DNA of 59,429 nucleotides, counting the filler, from Sluysia triapertura (lineage: Eukaryota): the NCBI GenBank assembly GCA_046118255.1. It is 4 parts of 4 records of this genome, joined end to end, with 100 filler letters (N's around TTAATTAATTAA, not from the genome) between each part and the next. Parts side by side here need not be neighbours in the genome. Positions count along the whole stretch, not along the records: positions 20,606 to 31,968 come from JBJNIA010185557.1; positions 32,069 to 47,736 come from JBJNIA010222243.1; 2 more parts are not named here. The stretch is one strand, 5' to 3'. How positions within the stretch are numbered: the first letter of the stretch is position 1; the number at the start of each line of letters is the position of its first letter. The translations under genes and the position numbers were made by a program. This document shows, in pieces, positions 26,271-39,900 of this stretch. Below the pieces are notes generated by a model. The model worked only from the letters and a program-made list of their open reading frames with translations. It searched no databases and was not told the origin of the DNA.

Positions 26271-29200
26271 TTTATGATGAATTTTTGAAAGAATGTATGT
26301 AAAATTCTATAGCATGGAATTGTGAAATTAATAGTAATAACTTGTGTATAAAAATAATAATAAAACGTAATACGATTGATAATAATAAAATTTAGGTTTA
26401 TTATTATCGTATGATAAATTTACTTTAATTTTAATTGCATGAATTAACATAATATTAGAGTTTGAATAAAATATACAGTGGAAATATGCTGAAAAAAGCT
26501 GAATTAATGTATTACTGAAAATATGTATATAATTTTACATTAAATATTATTAATATTGTAAAAATTCAATATTTCAACTCTGTGGCCAAATTAAATTTGA
26601 TATTTTATAATACATAAAAATAAATTTACTGGCAAAAATTGAATATAAATACAAAAAAAATCAGTTAATTTTCTTGTTTTGGAAAAGAAATTCATTCACG
26701 ACCAGGTTGCTCGGCAACTTTTTTGGAAAATTTATTAGATAATTGGATTATCAATTGTTGTCAGATGTTGGAAAATAAATCTCAAGTGAGCTATTGGAAA
26801 ACATTATTTAATTGGAACAATAAACTGTTGTCAGTAATTTGGTTTTGGCTAGTATAAATTTATGATATGTAATAAGCGGTTCCAACATTGCATCTGAGAA
26901 CTCACATTCGGCTTGAAATATCTATGCATTGTTGAGGTTAAGGTTTCGTGAAAGAAACTTGTTGGTTGGTTGATATGAAAACATAACAAATCAAGATTAG
27001 TGAAAAATAATTTTACAGAATAAAAAGTTTAAAAGATTAATGTCAATAATAATAACGATAATGACTCAAGTTTAAAGAAATTTAAAAGTTTGAATGTTTT
27101 GTGGGTGAATATAAGATTAAGAAAGTAATATAGTATATATTTGGTATTTTTTGATGTATGTTTTTTGTGTGTTATCATGTGTCTAAACGATGATAAAATC
27201 GTTGGAAATGGCTTGGATCACCATAGATCACTCAATTCATAAAATTTCGTTTTCATTACATTAGTGGATTGGAAAGTGATTCATCGATTCTGCGAAAAAC
27301 TCTGTCTCTGAATCTGCATTGGCGAAATCCTATTTTTAACAAAAAAGTTAATCCTAAATTAGTTTTGTTAGATTTTTCCTTGCATAAGCAAACCAAAATA
27401 AACTTAAACTTCATTTGTTTTATAATAGTAGCCTTAAACATTAATTTAAAATTGTCATATTTATAATATATTGTTTATTGAATCTGTCCAGTCTTTTAAT
27501 AACAAAGTATCGTTGTATAGCAATATATTGTGATGGATATTTATATCATCTGTATAAGTTCTAGTGCACTATTTTCGTGAATAATCATTTTAATTTATTT
27601 GTATTACCGCAAGTTAAATTTCTTTAATTGATAGTATTCGTGAATGAGTTAATAATATTCAATCTAAAAGTCGTATACCTTATAAGCATTATATTTCGAG
27701 ATTGCTCTTAATAATAAGTAATAAATGAATCACAAACGAAATTAATAGGCCTTCTCGTTGTTCATTTAAATAAAACGAAACTCGAAATTAATCAATCATA
27801 CAGGTACAAGATTTAAATTATAGGTGAACTGGCCAAAAGTTTAAAATATAATTTGATCCCTCTACAACACGGCGATATTTTATTGTATTATTGAGAAACT
27901 AAATCGAAAGTTTAATACTGTTAAGGTTTAAAATAGATTCAGAATATTGTTAATTCTTTTGAGTAGTTTAAGGCTATTGCCAAAATCGTTATAAAATTTT
28001 ATTTCAGTGAATATTGTTGTCTTAATATTTATATATGTTATTCTTCAATTTTTCATATTATTGTTATTTTTATTTTAAAATATTGGCAATAAACTTTCAT
28101 ATTGTGTTTATTCATTTGTTGAATTTTATTTATGTTTTTCAACATCAGAAGCTTATGTAAATTGAAACTTAATAAAGTGGTCATTGTTGCCCTAAGAAAG
28201 CAATTGATTTATCATTATCCTTAGTAATTTACGAAATTATAATAAATTTGTTTACATAAGAGGTACAAGTTACGTTATTAAAAGTACACGTGTGATATCT
28301 GATTTAATTTAGAAGGAATCATAATGCCATATAATATTAAAGTACAGACTTCTAAAGGTCTTCATACTTAAATACCCTCATACGTATTCATTTCTTACAG
28401 TTTAACTTAGCATTAAAGTTAAGAAAATTCTATAGAGATGTCTACTGCTATGTTACAGTCATCTACTATAAGCGAACCTTTTCTGTTAGCATTTTGATAA
28501 GTTTAAAAGTTATTTTTAAAGACAAATCAATCGCATTAAGATAGACATACTGTTGTACATGAACGGTTATTACATTTGTGATTATCTGAAAAATGAAACA
28601 TCGATAGTTTTATTAAGATCCTCAAAATGTATCTGGTTTTAAGCAAATAGTAAATAATAAAATGTAATTATAACATGATACAATTATGTACTTTTAATTA
28701 AGTCATGAAACAATTGCAACATGTAAGATGTAAAAGTACGTTCTGATTGGAAAGCTAAACAAATTAAATTATGGTTTTTTGTATGTACTTTTAAATAGCA
28801 AATTATATTAAAATTTAATAGCATTTAATTAGATTAATTATAAATTCATTAATTTAAAAAATGCTATCTATTTCATTGTTTAAGAAAGTCAGGCAAAATA
28901 TTCCACATTATATAACTAGAATTAGTTTGTGTTTATTGTTATGCGTTGAGAAACTTTCACTTGAATTTTATTTTTATTCTACCCTTTTCCAATTTTGATT
29001 ATTAATCTAACTTATATTCCATTTTTAACACTAATGTTTCAAGCTAAACATTATTTTATTGATTAAATAATATCTTTAAGCTTTAGTAGTTAATTGAGTT
29101 AATTGGGACTAGGATTAAAAATTGTCGATTTTGTAGTAGTCAACATATTAGGAATTCCTAGAATTATGTCACTTTCTAAAACACAAATACTTTCGACAAT

Positions 29201-29569
29201 TTTGAGAGTACTTGGAGAAAGTCGTATTTTGGAATTGTTAGCGTTATTCCTGGCGAAATATTAACAGTTATAATAAAATATTATCAAAAAGACCATCTAA
29301 ATATCTTTTATTTTCATATAATTCAGTTGAAGATTCTTGTCGTATTTGCTGCCAAACTAATATAAGCAGTGCCAATTCTACAATTCGCAAATGCCAGCCG
29401 GTTTTCAAATTCTTCGATAAACCCACAACCAGCACTATCAATATGGTTCTGAACGATGGACGACCTTGTGTACAAGGCGTGTGTCGAAAAGGAAAATGTA
29501 TCAAGAAAGTGAATAAGTTGATTGAACGATTATGGAAAATTATTGAAAATTTCAATTCTAATGCAATGG
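23995..29569 (+). CDS. ADAM17: ADAM17/TACE-like metalloprotease, partial; exons 23995-24207 (disintegrin end, Cys-rich) and 29327-29569 (membrane-proximal domain)
   Basis: Phase-1 GT-AG junction joins CQFSPRGTIC...CHNGRCQPYCESIQLSACACDN to VEDSCRICC...DGRPCVQGVCRKGKCIKKVNKLIERLWKIIENFNSNAM. This parallels ADAM17 CIPFCE...CAC...SCKVCC...GKPCTVGFC...KC...IERFWDFI. Confidence 0.88.
25500..25944 (-). pseudogene. Cassette ORF-H copy F, in the ADAM17 intron
   Basis: NQILSTI...AQKLKFEDSVSD parallels copy B NQMLTTL...LHNLRYDEVND, and SAI*WCDDVV parallels copy B GAIH*WVPDDAV. Confidence 0.45.
26210..26269. repeat. (AAT)n microsatellite
   Basis: About 20 perfect units. Confidence 0.95.
26960..27450 (+). 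pseudogene. Cassette partner ORF-P copy F, divergent from 25500-25944
   Basis: 27093-27150 (aatgttttgtgggtgaatataagattaagaaagtaatatagtatatatttggtatt) aligns with the reverse complement of 9841-9897 (aatgtagtttagtgaatgtaaagaagataaattatagtctaaattttggtatatt). Confidence 0.5.
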
Positions 29570-31079
29570 GTTAGTAATTTTTCGAATAATATACTTTTAA
29601 ATTTTCTATATATTAATTACACGGTTGCTAAAATATATACTTTATAAACTTATTTTAGTTACCTTAGTAACTTATCCGGTCAATCAGCATGTTCAGCTAT
29701 AATTAGAAATATTTTTCTTGTTACCAGAAATAAAAATGATATAAATATCAAAGAATTGAAGGAATTTTTCTATTTCAATTCATCACTTACTTATTTCCTC
29801 AGGCATTCAACTTTTCTCTATCGCATTGAGTAAATAGAGGAGGTAAATGAATCATTGATATCCGAAAAGCGAACATTACCCATTTGGCGCGATAGTGCAT
29901 TAAACCATGCATTGAGTCTGCTGTGTTTTTATGTACTTTGCAAAATTAATATAAAATATCGTTTATTCTCAATGGAGAGACGTACTTATTGGATTTATGA
30001 ATTCGTACTGAGGGTGTTTTAAATCAATTTATACGATTGTTATTTATTATTTGCCTAGCTAATATTTCACTCGGAAATAATTTCAGAACAGAAATTATAA
30101 TTTATTGTTTTTTTACTTTATATGAATTGTTATCTGTATAACCACTAATCTTTTATTCTGTTTATTATTCGTAATTAATTTTAATGTGTCCTTTGATTGG
30201 TTTGAATCGTAAATTATAGTTTATTTATCTTTCTGTCAATTTATTATTCTCTCTCTCTCTCATAATAATGTCTAAATGTAAAGGTTAAACTTATATTAAC
30301 AAATGTATTAAATTATAAATGTATGAAATGTACAATTTATCACTCATAATAAAGTTACAAATGTAAAAAAAATTCAACACTTCAAGCAATACTAAATAAT
30401 GAATTAATGTAATTTTTAACAATAAGATCGCATATTATTGTTCGATGTTTTTTATTTTATAAAGGATTTTGTACCTAGCTTAAATAAAATTTAAAGTTGT
30501 AAAATCTTGACCAACTAGTTTTTTATCACGAAGAAAGGATCGTTCTTACATGATGAGCAACGAAAATAACTTGCTACAATTCCAATTAAATGTACGTGTC
30601 CAAACGTTTGGATTAATAATTTCTTTACTTTCTTGAAAAGTTATACAAAACTTTTTCTTTATAAAAACAGAATAATGCGTTTAAATTTCATATCAGTATT
30701 ATGTGTGAGTTAAATTAGAAGTTTATCTATCTATATATTTTCGTATCAAACTGCATCTTTTAGTTCACAATTTATTAAAATATTTTATTCAATTTAAGAT
30801 TAGTATTATCTATAATTGGTATATTCACGTTAATTATTATTTATAATGTATTAAGGTAGTATTATTTCATTAATATTTAATTGTAAATTTCATTTGATTT
30901 TTAGATAATACTGTTGAGTTTATTAAAATCGTTTCAATTTGATCTTAATAATATTCAATAATTGAACTCAATGATGAATTTAACACTTGGTCAACAAGTT
31001 GGAATACGCTCGTAATAAATCAAACAATTAGGCGTTCAATACAAATTCTGTAAGAAGTTATTCTTTAAGTGTACTTGCA

Positions 31080-31757
31080 GTAAATTTTCGACCTTACTCG
31101 TTATTCAATATAGAGATCCTTGCGTACACAAACCACTGTTCGTAGACATTTAATCTACTGTTTGCTATTAAGTAATATCTAAATTTTAATTTTATTTAAT
31201 CTCGATGTATGAGTTCGAAAAACTCGTTCCGTTGGTCGGGAATGGAAACGAAATTAATAGTACTTTATCGACTTTAGTATTAACAAACTAATTCTACTCT
31301 TTAAATTTATGTGTTTTACGTCCTATCCATTTGAGACGCTGTTAACACATTTAAATACAAATAAAAAAGAACAAATTATGGGCGTAGGGGTTTTCATTTT
31401 TTTATCGTTCTTAGGCTTCAATATTTTAACTTTATCTTTATCGTATAATGGTTTATTATAATAAGATATGTGCTTAAGGCACTTAGAAAGTTTTAAATCA
31501 TTATTTTGAAAATAAAAGTCATTATAACACATCGAAATTCTATTACTAAAACTTTTAAATGTATCTACAATTAGTTTGTCAATATGTTCATGTACAAAAG
31601 TCATAACGAAACACGAACCGGATTCTCCATTCCAAACTCGAACTCCATTGTCAGTATGGCTGTAGACAATAATGCAGAGAGTTTTACTATAATTGGTACA
31701 ACATGATAATTCAAATATAATAATAAGACAAAACGGTGAAGAAGAATAATCGGACAT
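31080..31757 (-). pseudogene. Probable ORF-H copy
   Basis: SPFCLIIIFELSCC (Ia-like) and TFVHEHIDKLIVDTF (II-like). Downstream SKTVD*MSTNSGLCTQGS may be a finger remnant. Confidence 0.4.
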
Positions 31758-31789
31758 AAAAATTAAAAATCTCTTAACATTTAAATCCC

Positions 31790-31968
31790 TACTTGAGAGT
31801 ACATATAAAATATCTTTATGAACTTTTAAATCATTATTCGTTAAGTAAACTAAAAATCTCTCAACGTTGGAATTATTACTTGAGAGTACACATAAAATAT
31901 CTTTATGAACTTTTAAATCATTATTCGTTAAGTAAACTAAAAATCTCTCAACGTTGGAATTATTACTT
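31790..31968. repeat. 87-bp tandem duplication at a contig end
   Basis: Two near-identical units run directly into the N spacer. Confidence 0.9.
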
Positions 31969-32068
31969 NNNNNNNNNNNNNNNNNNNNNNNNNNNNNNNN
32001 NNNNNNNNNNNNTTAATTAATTAANNNNNNNNNNNNNNNNNNNNNNNNNNNNNNNNNNNNNNNNNNNN
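31969..32068. other. Artificial assembly spacer, N44-TTAATTAATTAA-N44
   Basis: Same structure as 20506-20605. Confidence 0.97.

Positions 32069-32110
<42 letters not shown>
32069..32110. repeat. (TA)n microsatellite at a contig start
   Basis: About 21 units. Confidence 0.95.
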
Positions 32111-32113
<3 letters not shown>

Positions 32114-35100
32114 TTTTTATTTAGAGATAAGATAAATACGCACTGATGGTTATCACACTGATGCATCGTTATTAATTCCTCAAATAAACATTGGATAGTT
32201 TGTATAAGCAATGAAGTTTAAGTTGGTATTATTTTTTGTCTATTTTATACGATATTTCATTATATGTATTCCCAAATATTGTAAAATACAGTCAAGACAT
32301 AATACAACAAATTGGTGGAGAAAAACTAAGTGTGGTAAGTGCACATCCATTATTATGGTATTGTAATATTATATCATTAATATTTTTATTATATACTAAT
32401 TTTACTAAAATAATTTCAGATGTTTATTTTGTTTTAACTTTGTACATTTATTAAATTATATAAATGCATTATATATCTTTCAGTTGAAAACATATTTTTG
32501 AAAATAATTTTTTAATCGTAAAAATTATATTTTTTATACTTAAAATGCATAAATGTTAATTTTAGTTATAAAAAATTGATTGTAAACTCAATTTCTTCTG
32601 GAAAAAATCGGTCTTTAAGGCATTACAATTTTCAAGTTCTTAGGATAATATCAATGTTACAAACATTATTTTACCACAAAATTTTAATGAATAATCCCTT
32701 CCTAAGGCAAGTTGTAGTTCAAAAAATAAAAATGTCAAGATGTATGCATTACTTATGATATCACTTTTGCTAAAGAGATTAATGCTAAATTATTTAGCTA
32801 ATGAAAATTATGAAATAAAATTAAAAATTGGCACAATTGAAAGTAGCTCAAATAAAAATTTAAAAATAGATTTTTCATAAATTTATATTAAAAAATTAAT
32901 AAATAATGTCAGAAAAAATTTATGATAATAACACTTTTAACTGCATGTATTACATTTAACTAAAAATTCCATTTGTCACATACAGTGTTTGTCCAGTGAA
33001 ATGTTAATGGGCACTGAAGTAGCCAATTTACATTTGATTGGATTGTCATTAGATACAAGTTTTTTATTTCAGTTGTAATAGTCTTGGCGAATTAAATTGT
33101 TTAATTTTTTTAACTGCATACAGCAGTTGCGTAATAATTTATGTACTATTACTAATAATAAATTATTACCCAAGTAGTTGATTTTTAGTCACATTGTTAT
33201 TATTATTATTATAAGTATTAGTATTATGCTAATTTAATTTAAGCCTAAATTTTTTATTTTTTCTAACTCATGATTCTTAACCTTTCCTTGGAAAACAGTA
33301 TATTTATAAAAACGTAACATAATAAATTAATTAATACTAGAGTGGAGCATGTATGGAGTTATGCAATGATTTAATACTATTTGTAGTGTTAGTGTTTAAA
33401 ATGTTTGATTACGTAACGTGATTGAGAGTTTTAACATATCGAATGTAAGAAAGACTGAAATTCAGTAATATAGTTTGAGAATTTTGTAATTATATTATGA
33501 GCTGATTTTGTAACAAAATCAGATGTAATGGCCACAACAATATAAATCTTAGATATTAGAATTTGGTATTTCCAAATAAAAGTTACAATTTATATTAATT
33601 CGGAAAATTAATCTGAGTTTAAATAGGATCTAAATTACAATGTTCGAAACTTTTTTATTTTTAACCAATATCTGTCTAAATTCGAATTTTTGAACGAAAT
33701 GTTTCCACATTATTGTTTTACACCAGAAAATAACATTACTGACACCACTTCAATTTTTTCATTTTTTGCTGCACTAATATAATTTTAGCTATTTCAGATA
33801 GCAGTCATATGCGTTAATTTTTTAATGAAAATGTGAAATGATTATTAATGTGAGAATGAAACAAATTAAAACAAATATTTAATATTTAAAGTAAAGTCCA
33901 AATAAACTAAACTATCTTAACAACCTAGGTAAAGAAATAACTGAAATTAAGAAATAAATATCGTAAGAAAACATGCGAATGTTTAGAACATTTACGCCTC
34001 ACGTATTTAACAAATAGAGAAATCTATGAATAAAACAGAAGCACGATAAACATGATAAAATAAATACAAGGAAGAACTCAAACGAACCGAAATACACAAA
34101 AACACATCCTCGTAATTAAAAGAACCATCTAAAATCACTCTTAAGCAACGGAATACAAAAAGAAAAAAATCTGTCACACTTAATTAACACACAAAATCAA
34201 ATGTGAAAGTTTTTGTAAATAAAAACAAACAAGTACAAATGAATACTAACTAATACAGGGCGGATATAATTTACTATATAGAATGCAATTACTACAAAGT
34301 AACTTATAAAAAAAGATATATAGTAAAAAATACATAATAAAACACAAAAAAATCTGTTAGTGTGAATTTTAAATCAAATAAGTGTTAAAATCATTTTTCT
34401 ATATCATTTGTCACCCTGATAAAGAAAATGCACCAAAAACAACTTTCTAATTTAATTTAAAAATGCACATAATAAACATGATTGACGCAAATGTGTATAT
34501 GATTACTGCAACTGTCCATGTGAAATACATTTTTAAGCTGCTCATTTACAGCTAACAGTTTAAGAAGCATGGCTCGAAGTGAACTTATTCGTGTTGCGAA
34601 AATTGCGGATAAATTTCAATCGGCATTAGATTTGCTTATATTAATAATTATTTTATTTAATTATCTAACAGATTAAGGAAATTTAATTTTTTTCACCAAG
34701 TCCGAATCGATTGTTGGTCAGTGCTTTATCATCAAGATTAATAATATTTTAATTTTTATATAATCCCACAAAAATGAGAACACAAGCAGAATCGTTTTTC
34801 AAAAGTAACTATATTTTAAAGTAATTAATCATTAAATAATTTCAAAACAAATATTTAAAATTGACAGAAGGAAACATTATAATTAAGTTATGTAAAGCTG
34901 ACATAACTATTGATAGTATCATTAATATGGTGATTTTGATATCATTGATTTGGGTTCAATGTAAAGGCATCGATTGGGAAATAAGCAGTCGTCGCTTTAA
35001 CTATACACTATTTTGATTAGTGACCTGGACTAGTAGATGTTTGCATCATTTACTGATACAGAGATTCTGCTTATCACCTTGCCAACTGGAATGTATGAAT

Positions 35101-35515
35101 ATTTTAAAAGAAACAGACAAGAATAAAAGTCAAAATCGAACACTTTCACAGCAGTAAAGATCGAATTCCAACACAGAAATATAAATATTAAATTTCAACA
35201 AAATTGATACTGAAAAATAATTAAATGCATGACTTTTAACATTATTGGAGAAAAGGAGTCACAACAGCAGATGCATATAGAATATCTGGTGTTGCCAATA
35301 TAACACTGTTACAACAAAATTGTAGAAGGTTTAATGATTGATGTTTAGAACTTAAAGCCACAGGTGATTCCGATCATTCCGGCATCACATAATTTTCTTG
35401 AAACAAATTAAATTCAAAGTATGTGAACAATACCAAGTAAGCTCCAGTTCAGCGTATTTAGGAATTTTCAAATCGTTAGGAAAAATTAATGTTGCACGGG
35501 ACATCAAATAAAACA

Positions 35516-36894
35516 TTACATATTTGTAATTATTTCATAGAATACCTAAATAATGTGCGACTTTTTAAATGGATTGCTACTAGTGAAAAAGTTGAGTATA
35601 TGAAAAAATGATGAAGTAAAGGTAAAATTGGTCTACTTTTCGTTAAAAAGGTCGTGATTTACGTTTCTTGGAATTTTGAAGATATCCAAAGTTAGTCAAC
35701 AATAGTTTTACTTTAATTATGACATGTGAAACAAACTCAATTTTACTGTCTTTCACTTCTTCAAGCTTTTTTTAATACTGTCACAAATAAAATGCTTCTT
35801 AAGGAAAAACGCATATTAAAATTCTTCAAATTTTAAGTCTGAATATTAAAAAATAAATTACCTTAAACTTTTTTCGAAAAGAACCATAACTTCTAGTGCC
35901 TATTACAGATGATAAAATTGGTATTTTGAATTCATCAGCAATTGATAGAATTTTGCTTTGTTGATTAACATTCTCCGTAGATTTTGCTTTCCGTCGAAAG
36001 GACATAAAGCTAGATGATTGTGTTCTATAAAACGTACTATACATAGTACAATATGCGATTTGAGTAGCTTTGAAATGATCGTCATTTATAGATTCCTAAA
36101 ATTATCATTTAATTTAATTTATAATTTACAATGTAAAGCAACACAATAAGTTAAATTAAAAATTTATTAAATTTATAATTTACGAGTTATTAGTAATATT
36201 GAATATTAAAGAATTGTATTATACGAGTTGATGTGTATAATATAGAAAATCTTTGTAATATCTGATACCAATTTAACATAAAGCGAAAAATATTAGTACT
36301 GATGGATAACAATAAATGATGCATATATATTTATTTTTATCATTTAAAAGCATTTTCTTCCAATACAATAAGATATTTTAGTCGTATTGCAAATTTGGCA
36401 AACGTAAGATTGTTTTAATTTTTGTATCAAAGTTGCATTTTAAATTAAATGGAATTATCACAGCCATTTCTTCGAAATCAAACAATCCTTTAAATTAAAT
36501 CTCAATGTGTAAAATGACTATCGTCTTGGAAGCTCTTAAAAAAAGTCCAGAAATAGGAAATGAAGCTAATTCAAAAGAGACGTATATATTATTATATTTT
36601 GTATTATATTGTGTAATTTGAATATTAATCATAATATCGATTGGTATAAAATTTACAGTCATCATCATTCACCTTCAAATGAAGAAAAGCATGAATAACT
36701 CACCATTTCCATGTAAAATACGAATATTGTATTATTTATGAAAATATTTTAATTTGATCAACAAAATAATTCATGATTTTAAATACATAAATAATTACTT
36801 TATTTTTCTGATTAAATAATTCAAATGTTTTGTATAATTTAGTCAGCCCAATATCTTCATTCTTTAAAGTATTGATATTGATCGAAACTATCGT

Positions 36895-36926
<32 letters not shown>

Positions 36927-39900
36927 CCTACAAAGTATAACACTTTCTTTAATCGAAGCGATAAATTTAGTGATCCTTCCTATAACTGCTATCTTAGCAT
37001 CATCAAATATCGTATCCACGAGATCATCATTTTGTAATCGATTCATAACATCACTCAGTAATGCATCATCAAGGTTACATATAATTGGCTAAATGTAATC
37101 ATGTATAAATTTTGTTAAAATATGATATATTATAAGTTTTGTTAGTGCATTGAAAATTGAAATTATATTGTAACTCATCAACTTACCATTTAAGAACAAA
37201 TTTAAATATGTTTATAACACAAATTTAATTTGTCTTATAATATTATATTTCAAACTATAACTATGTGGTACATTGATTAAGTTCTTGTATCAGACAATAA
37301 AACACATAATAAAATATTTTAACGCAATATATTATTTATATATATTTATTATTTATCAACATAAACAACCATTTCCAGCGTTCAACTTAATCGAGAAAAT
37401 TTTTGAAATGTTCGTCCAAGAAATTGTTCACGTTCTACATTAGATCGTCAATGCTTCCTAAGGTATCGAAAGAGGTACAAATCCGGACTCTAACCACTGT
37501 CATTGATTTATACCATTTGTGAACAATATTTCCCATTTTTTTCCGAATACTTCATATTTGTTCACCAAGGTTCTTTAGTTTGAGTAGTTGATGCAAGCAC
37601 ATTTTCGATAGAATTCTATAATTAAAGACTGATGAACTGCCCTTCTTAAACTGACTTATCCAATCACATTCAATCACGTAACTTCTCTTAGCCCAAATAT
37701 AACAAAAAACATTATTATGGTCAGATGTTAAATAATGCAGCATCACGTTACTAAATTTGAAAAACACCCAGTAATCAATAAATGATGTATTTAAATAAAC
37801 TATATTTACAATACCTTGCAATGTTTTACACTAGTAAATAATATTCTTCATTCCAGTCTAGTTCAGGTGCTTCCACAACTGAAATTTAAATTGTCAGCAA
37901 AATATATGTAAAATATTAAAATTAGTTTTAATTCTTACTATCGAGCTAGTGATAATTTATCAATAAATATTTTTTATATTTTATAAGTTTTTCTAAGGCT
38001 TAGAAATTAGTGGATATAAGAAATATTTACCAATTATTTTACCAAGTATAATTGAATATGTTAGATCAAAATTTTCTTTTTAATAATGCTTTTAAATGAA
38101 TATTAGAATATCTAGTATAAATATTGACAAAACTGAGAATTAAATTCAAGCACTAAAGAATTTTGTTTAATGCAATATTGAATGAATTAGCATGTAGAAA
38201 AAATGTCACAGTTAATTTCTATAAAAGCAATAATTATATATTTAATCCTATTCATTGAATGTGCATATCTGTCCCGCATTAAAGTAAAACATTTTTGGAT
38301 AGAAATAATAAAATTTAATTTCAAAATCACAAAACATTATATAAATACTTACAGAATTAGGATGTAAAAACATTGTAATCACTTCATTAGCCATTCGATG
38401 AATATCACCAAATCTTCCGCGAGATCGTTGCGTTTCATAATTTTTGATAGCGAAGTAAAGGAAGAAACAATTTAGAATTTCATCTTTGGATTTTGCAATT
38501 TCAATCAAAGAAGCTACCATTCCAGGACTTTCTAACGATTTTTCAGTATCTGTTAGCAAATCAATTACCATATTACTTTCATCAACTTTTACATTCACCA
38601 CTCCCTCATCATCTTCAAAATCTCTACCATAATATGGTGAATTCTTATTCTTCTTTTTCGTTACTTCATTAACATTAGTTGTAGTATTCTTAACATTACC
38701 ATTCGCTTGTAAATTATTTTCATTCTTTAATGAAATAATCGAAGTTGATGTAATAATATTGGCATTAATATTATTATTGTCATCAGAGGTTACTACAGAT
38801 TCTTTCGGAATAGGAGTCTCATACTGTTTAACATTGTTATCCAATTCAGTTCTTGTGGCAAGCAATGTAATTTTCTGTTGGAAAAGTACATATTATTTAT
38901 TTAATTAAGACAAATTTCAAACAAAATACAAAATTAAGCATTACTCATAAGCATTTATTATAATAAAGATAATTATAAAAAAAAGATTAAATTTGAAATA
39001 TTTTTAATTAAATTATTTTAAAATATTTTTCAATCATTTTACTAAAATTAACAATTAGCATCTTAACAAGAATTAATATTATTTTATGAGATTTTACTGC
39101 AATTATGGGGAATATTCTTTTTAAAAACGATCTTTTTAAAACTCTAAAATAATTGTACAAAATACAAGGAGCAATTTATTAAATGATTTTGCTTATAATG
39201 AAAGTATTAATCAATTTCATCTTACCTAAGGTTAGGAAAATCGAAGTGTGGTTTACCTAAACTTGCAATTAATATTGTACGTAATGATATTAGTGATAGT
39301 GATACAATTGATATCATTATTCATTATAAAAATTAAACTATTAGTTAAAGATGTTTAAGTTCTCTAAACTCTGGAAAAATGACTTTTCTAAAAAGACTTA
39401 TAATAAAATAAGACACAAAATTAAAAATTATTCTAATTCGAATGATAAAATATGTGTTAGTTTTAAAATAGGTTAAGTTAGGACACACTCAGTTTTAATT
39501 TTCAGTCTTTAGTCATATTGCTCATAATAACAGGTATAAATTAAATGAACCTATTCGTTTGTACTGCTCTAAAAATCATCAGATAAATCTTATCCGAATA
39601 AAAAATGAACTGTTCTATAATGAATAAATTGTGTCAAAAGTCGTAATAATTATTATAAACGTCAAAATGTGTAGAAATAAAGATAAATTCTAATTCTAAA
39701 TCAAAAAACTTAAATCTTAAAAATTCCAAAAATGATTAAATTTGGTATGCAAAATGTTAGGTCTGTTAAAGAAATGGCCACATTATTGATATAAATGAAA
39801 CGCGCAGTTGGTGGTGTGTTAGATGAGAAACTAAAGGTACGGAATATAGGATGCTATATGGATTTAAAAATGAACATGGAAGAAAATATTAATTGTATTA

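Noticed and set aside
26690-26745. FIHDQVARQLFWKIY as an R4/NeSL-type RHD motif
   Set aside because: A single short match with no adjacent zinc knuckle or endonuclease motif.
29268-29555. Minus-strand ORF (also 2565-2753, 580-861 and 24013-24231)
   Set aside because: Antisense or alternative-frame shadows of ADAM17, THOC3 and ORF-H copy A.
19190-29569. Apparent overlap or interleaving of the Nav gene (-) and ADAM17 (+)
   Set aside because: An artificial spacer separates them, so their adjacency cannot be trusted.
31793-32211. ORFs with a 29-aa repeat or IYIYIY running into Ns
   Set aside because: Products of a contig-end tandem duplication, the N spacer and a (TA)n microsatellite.
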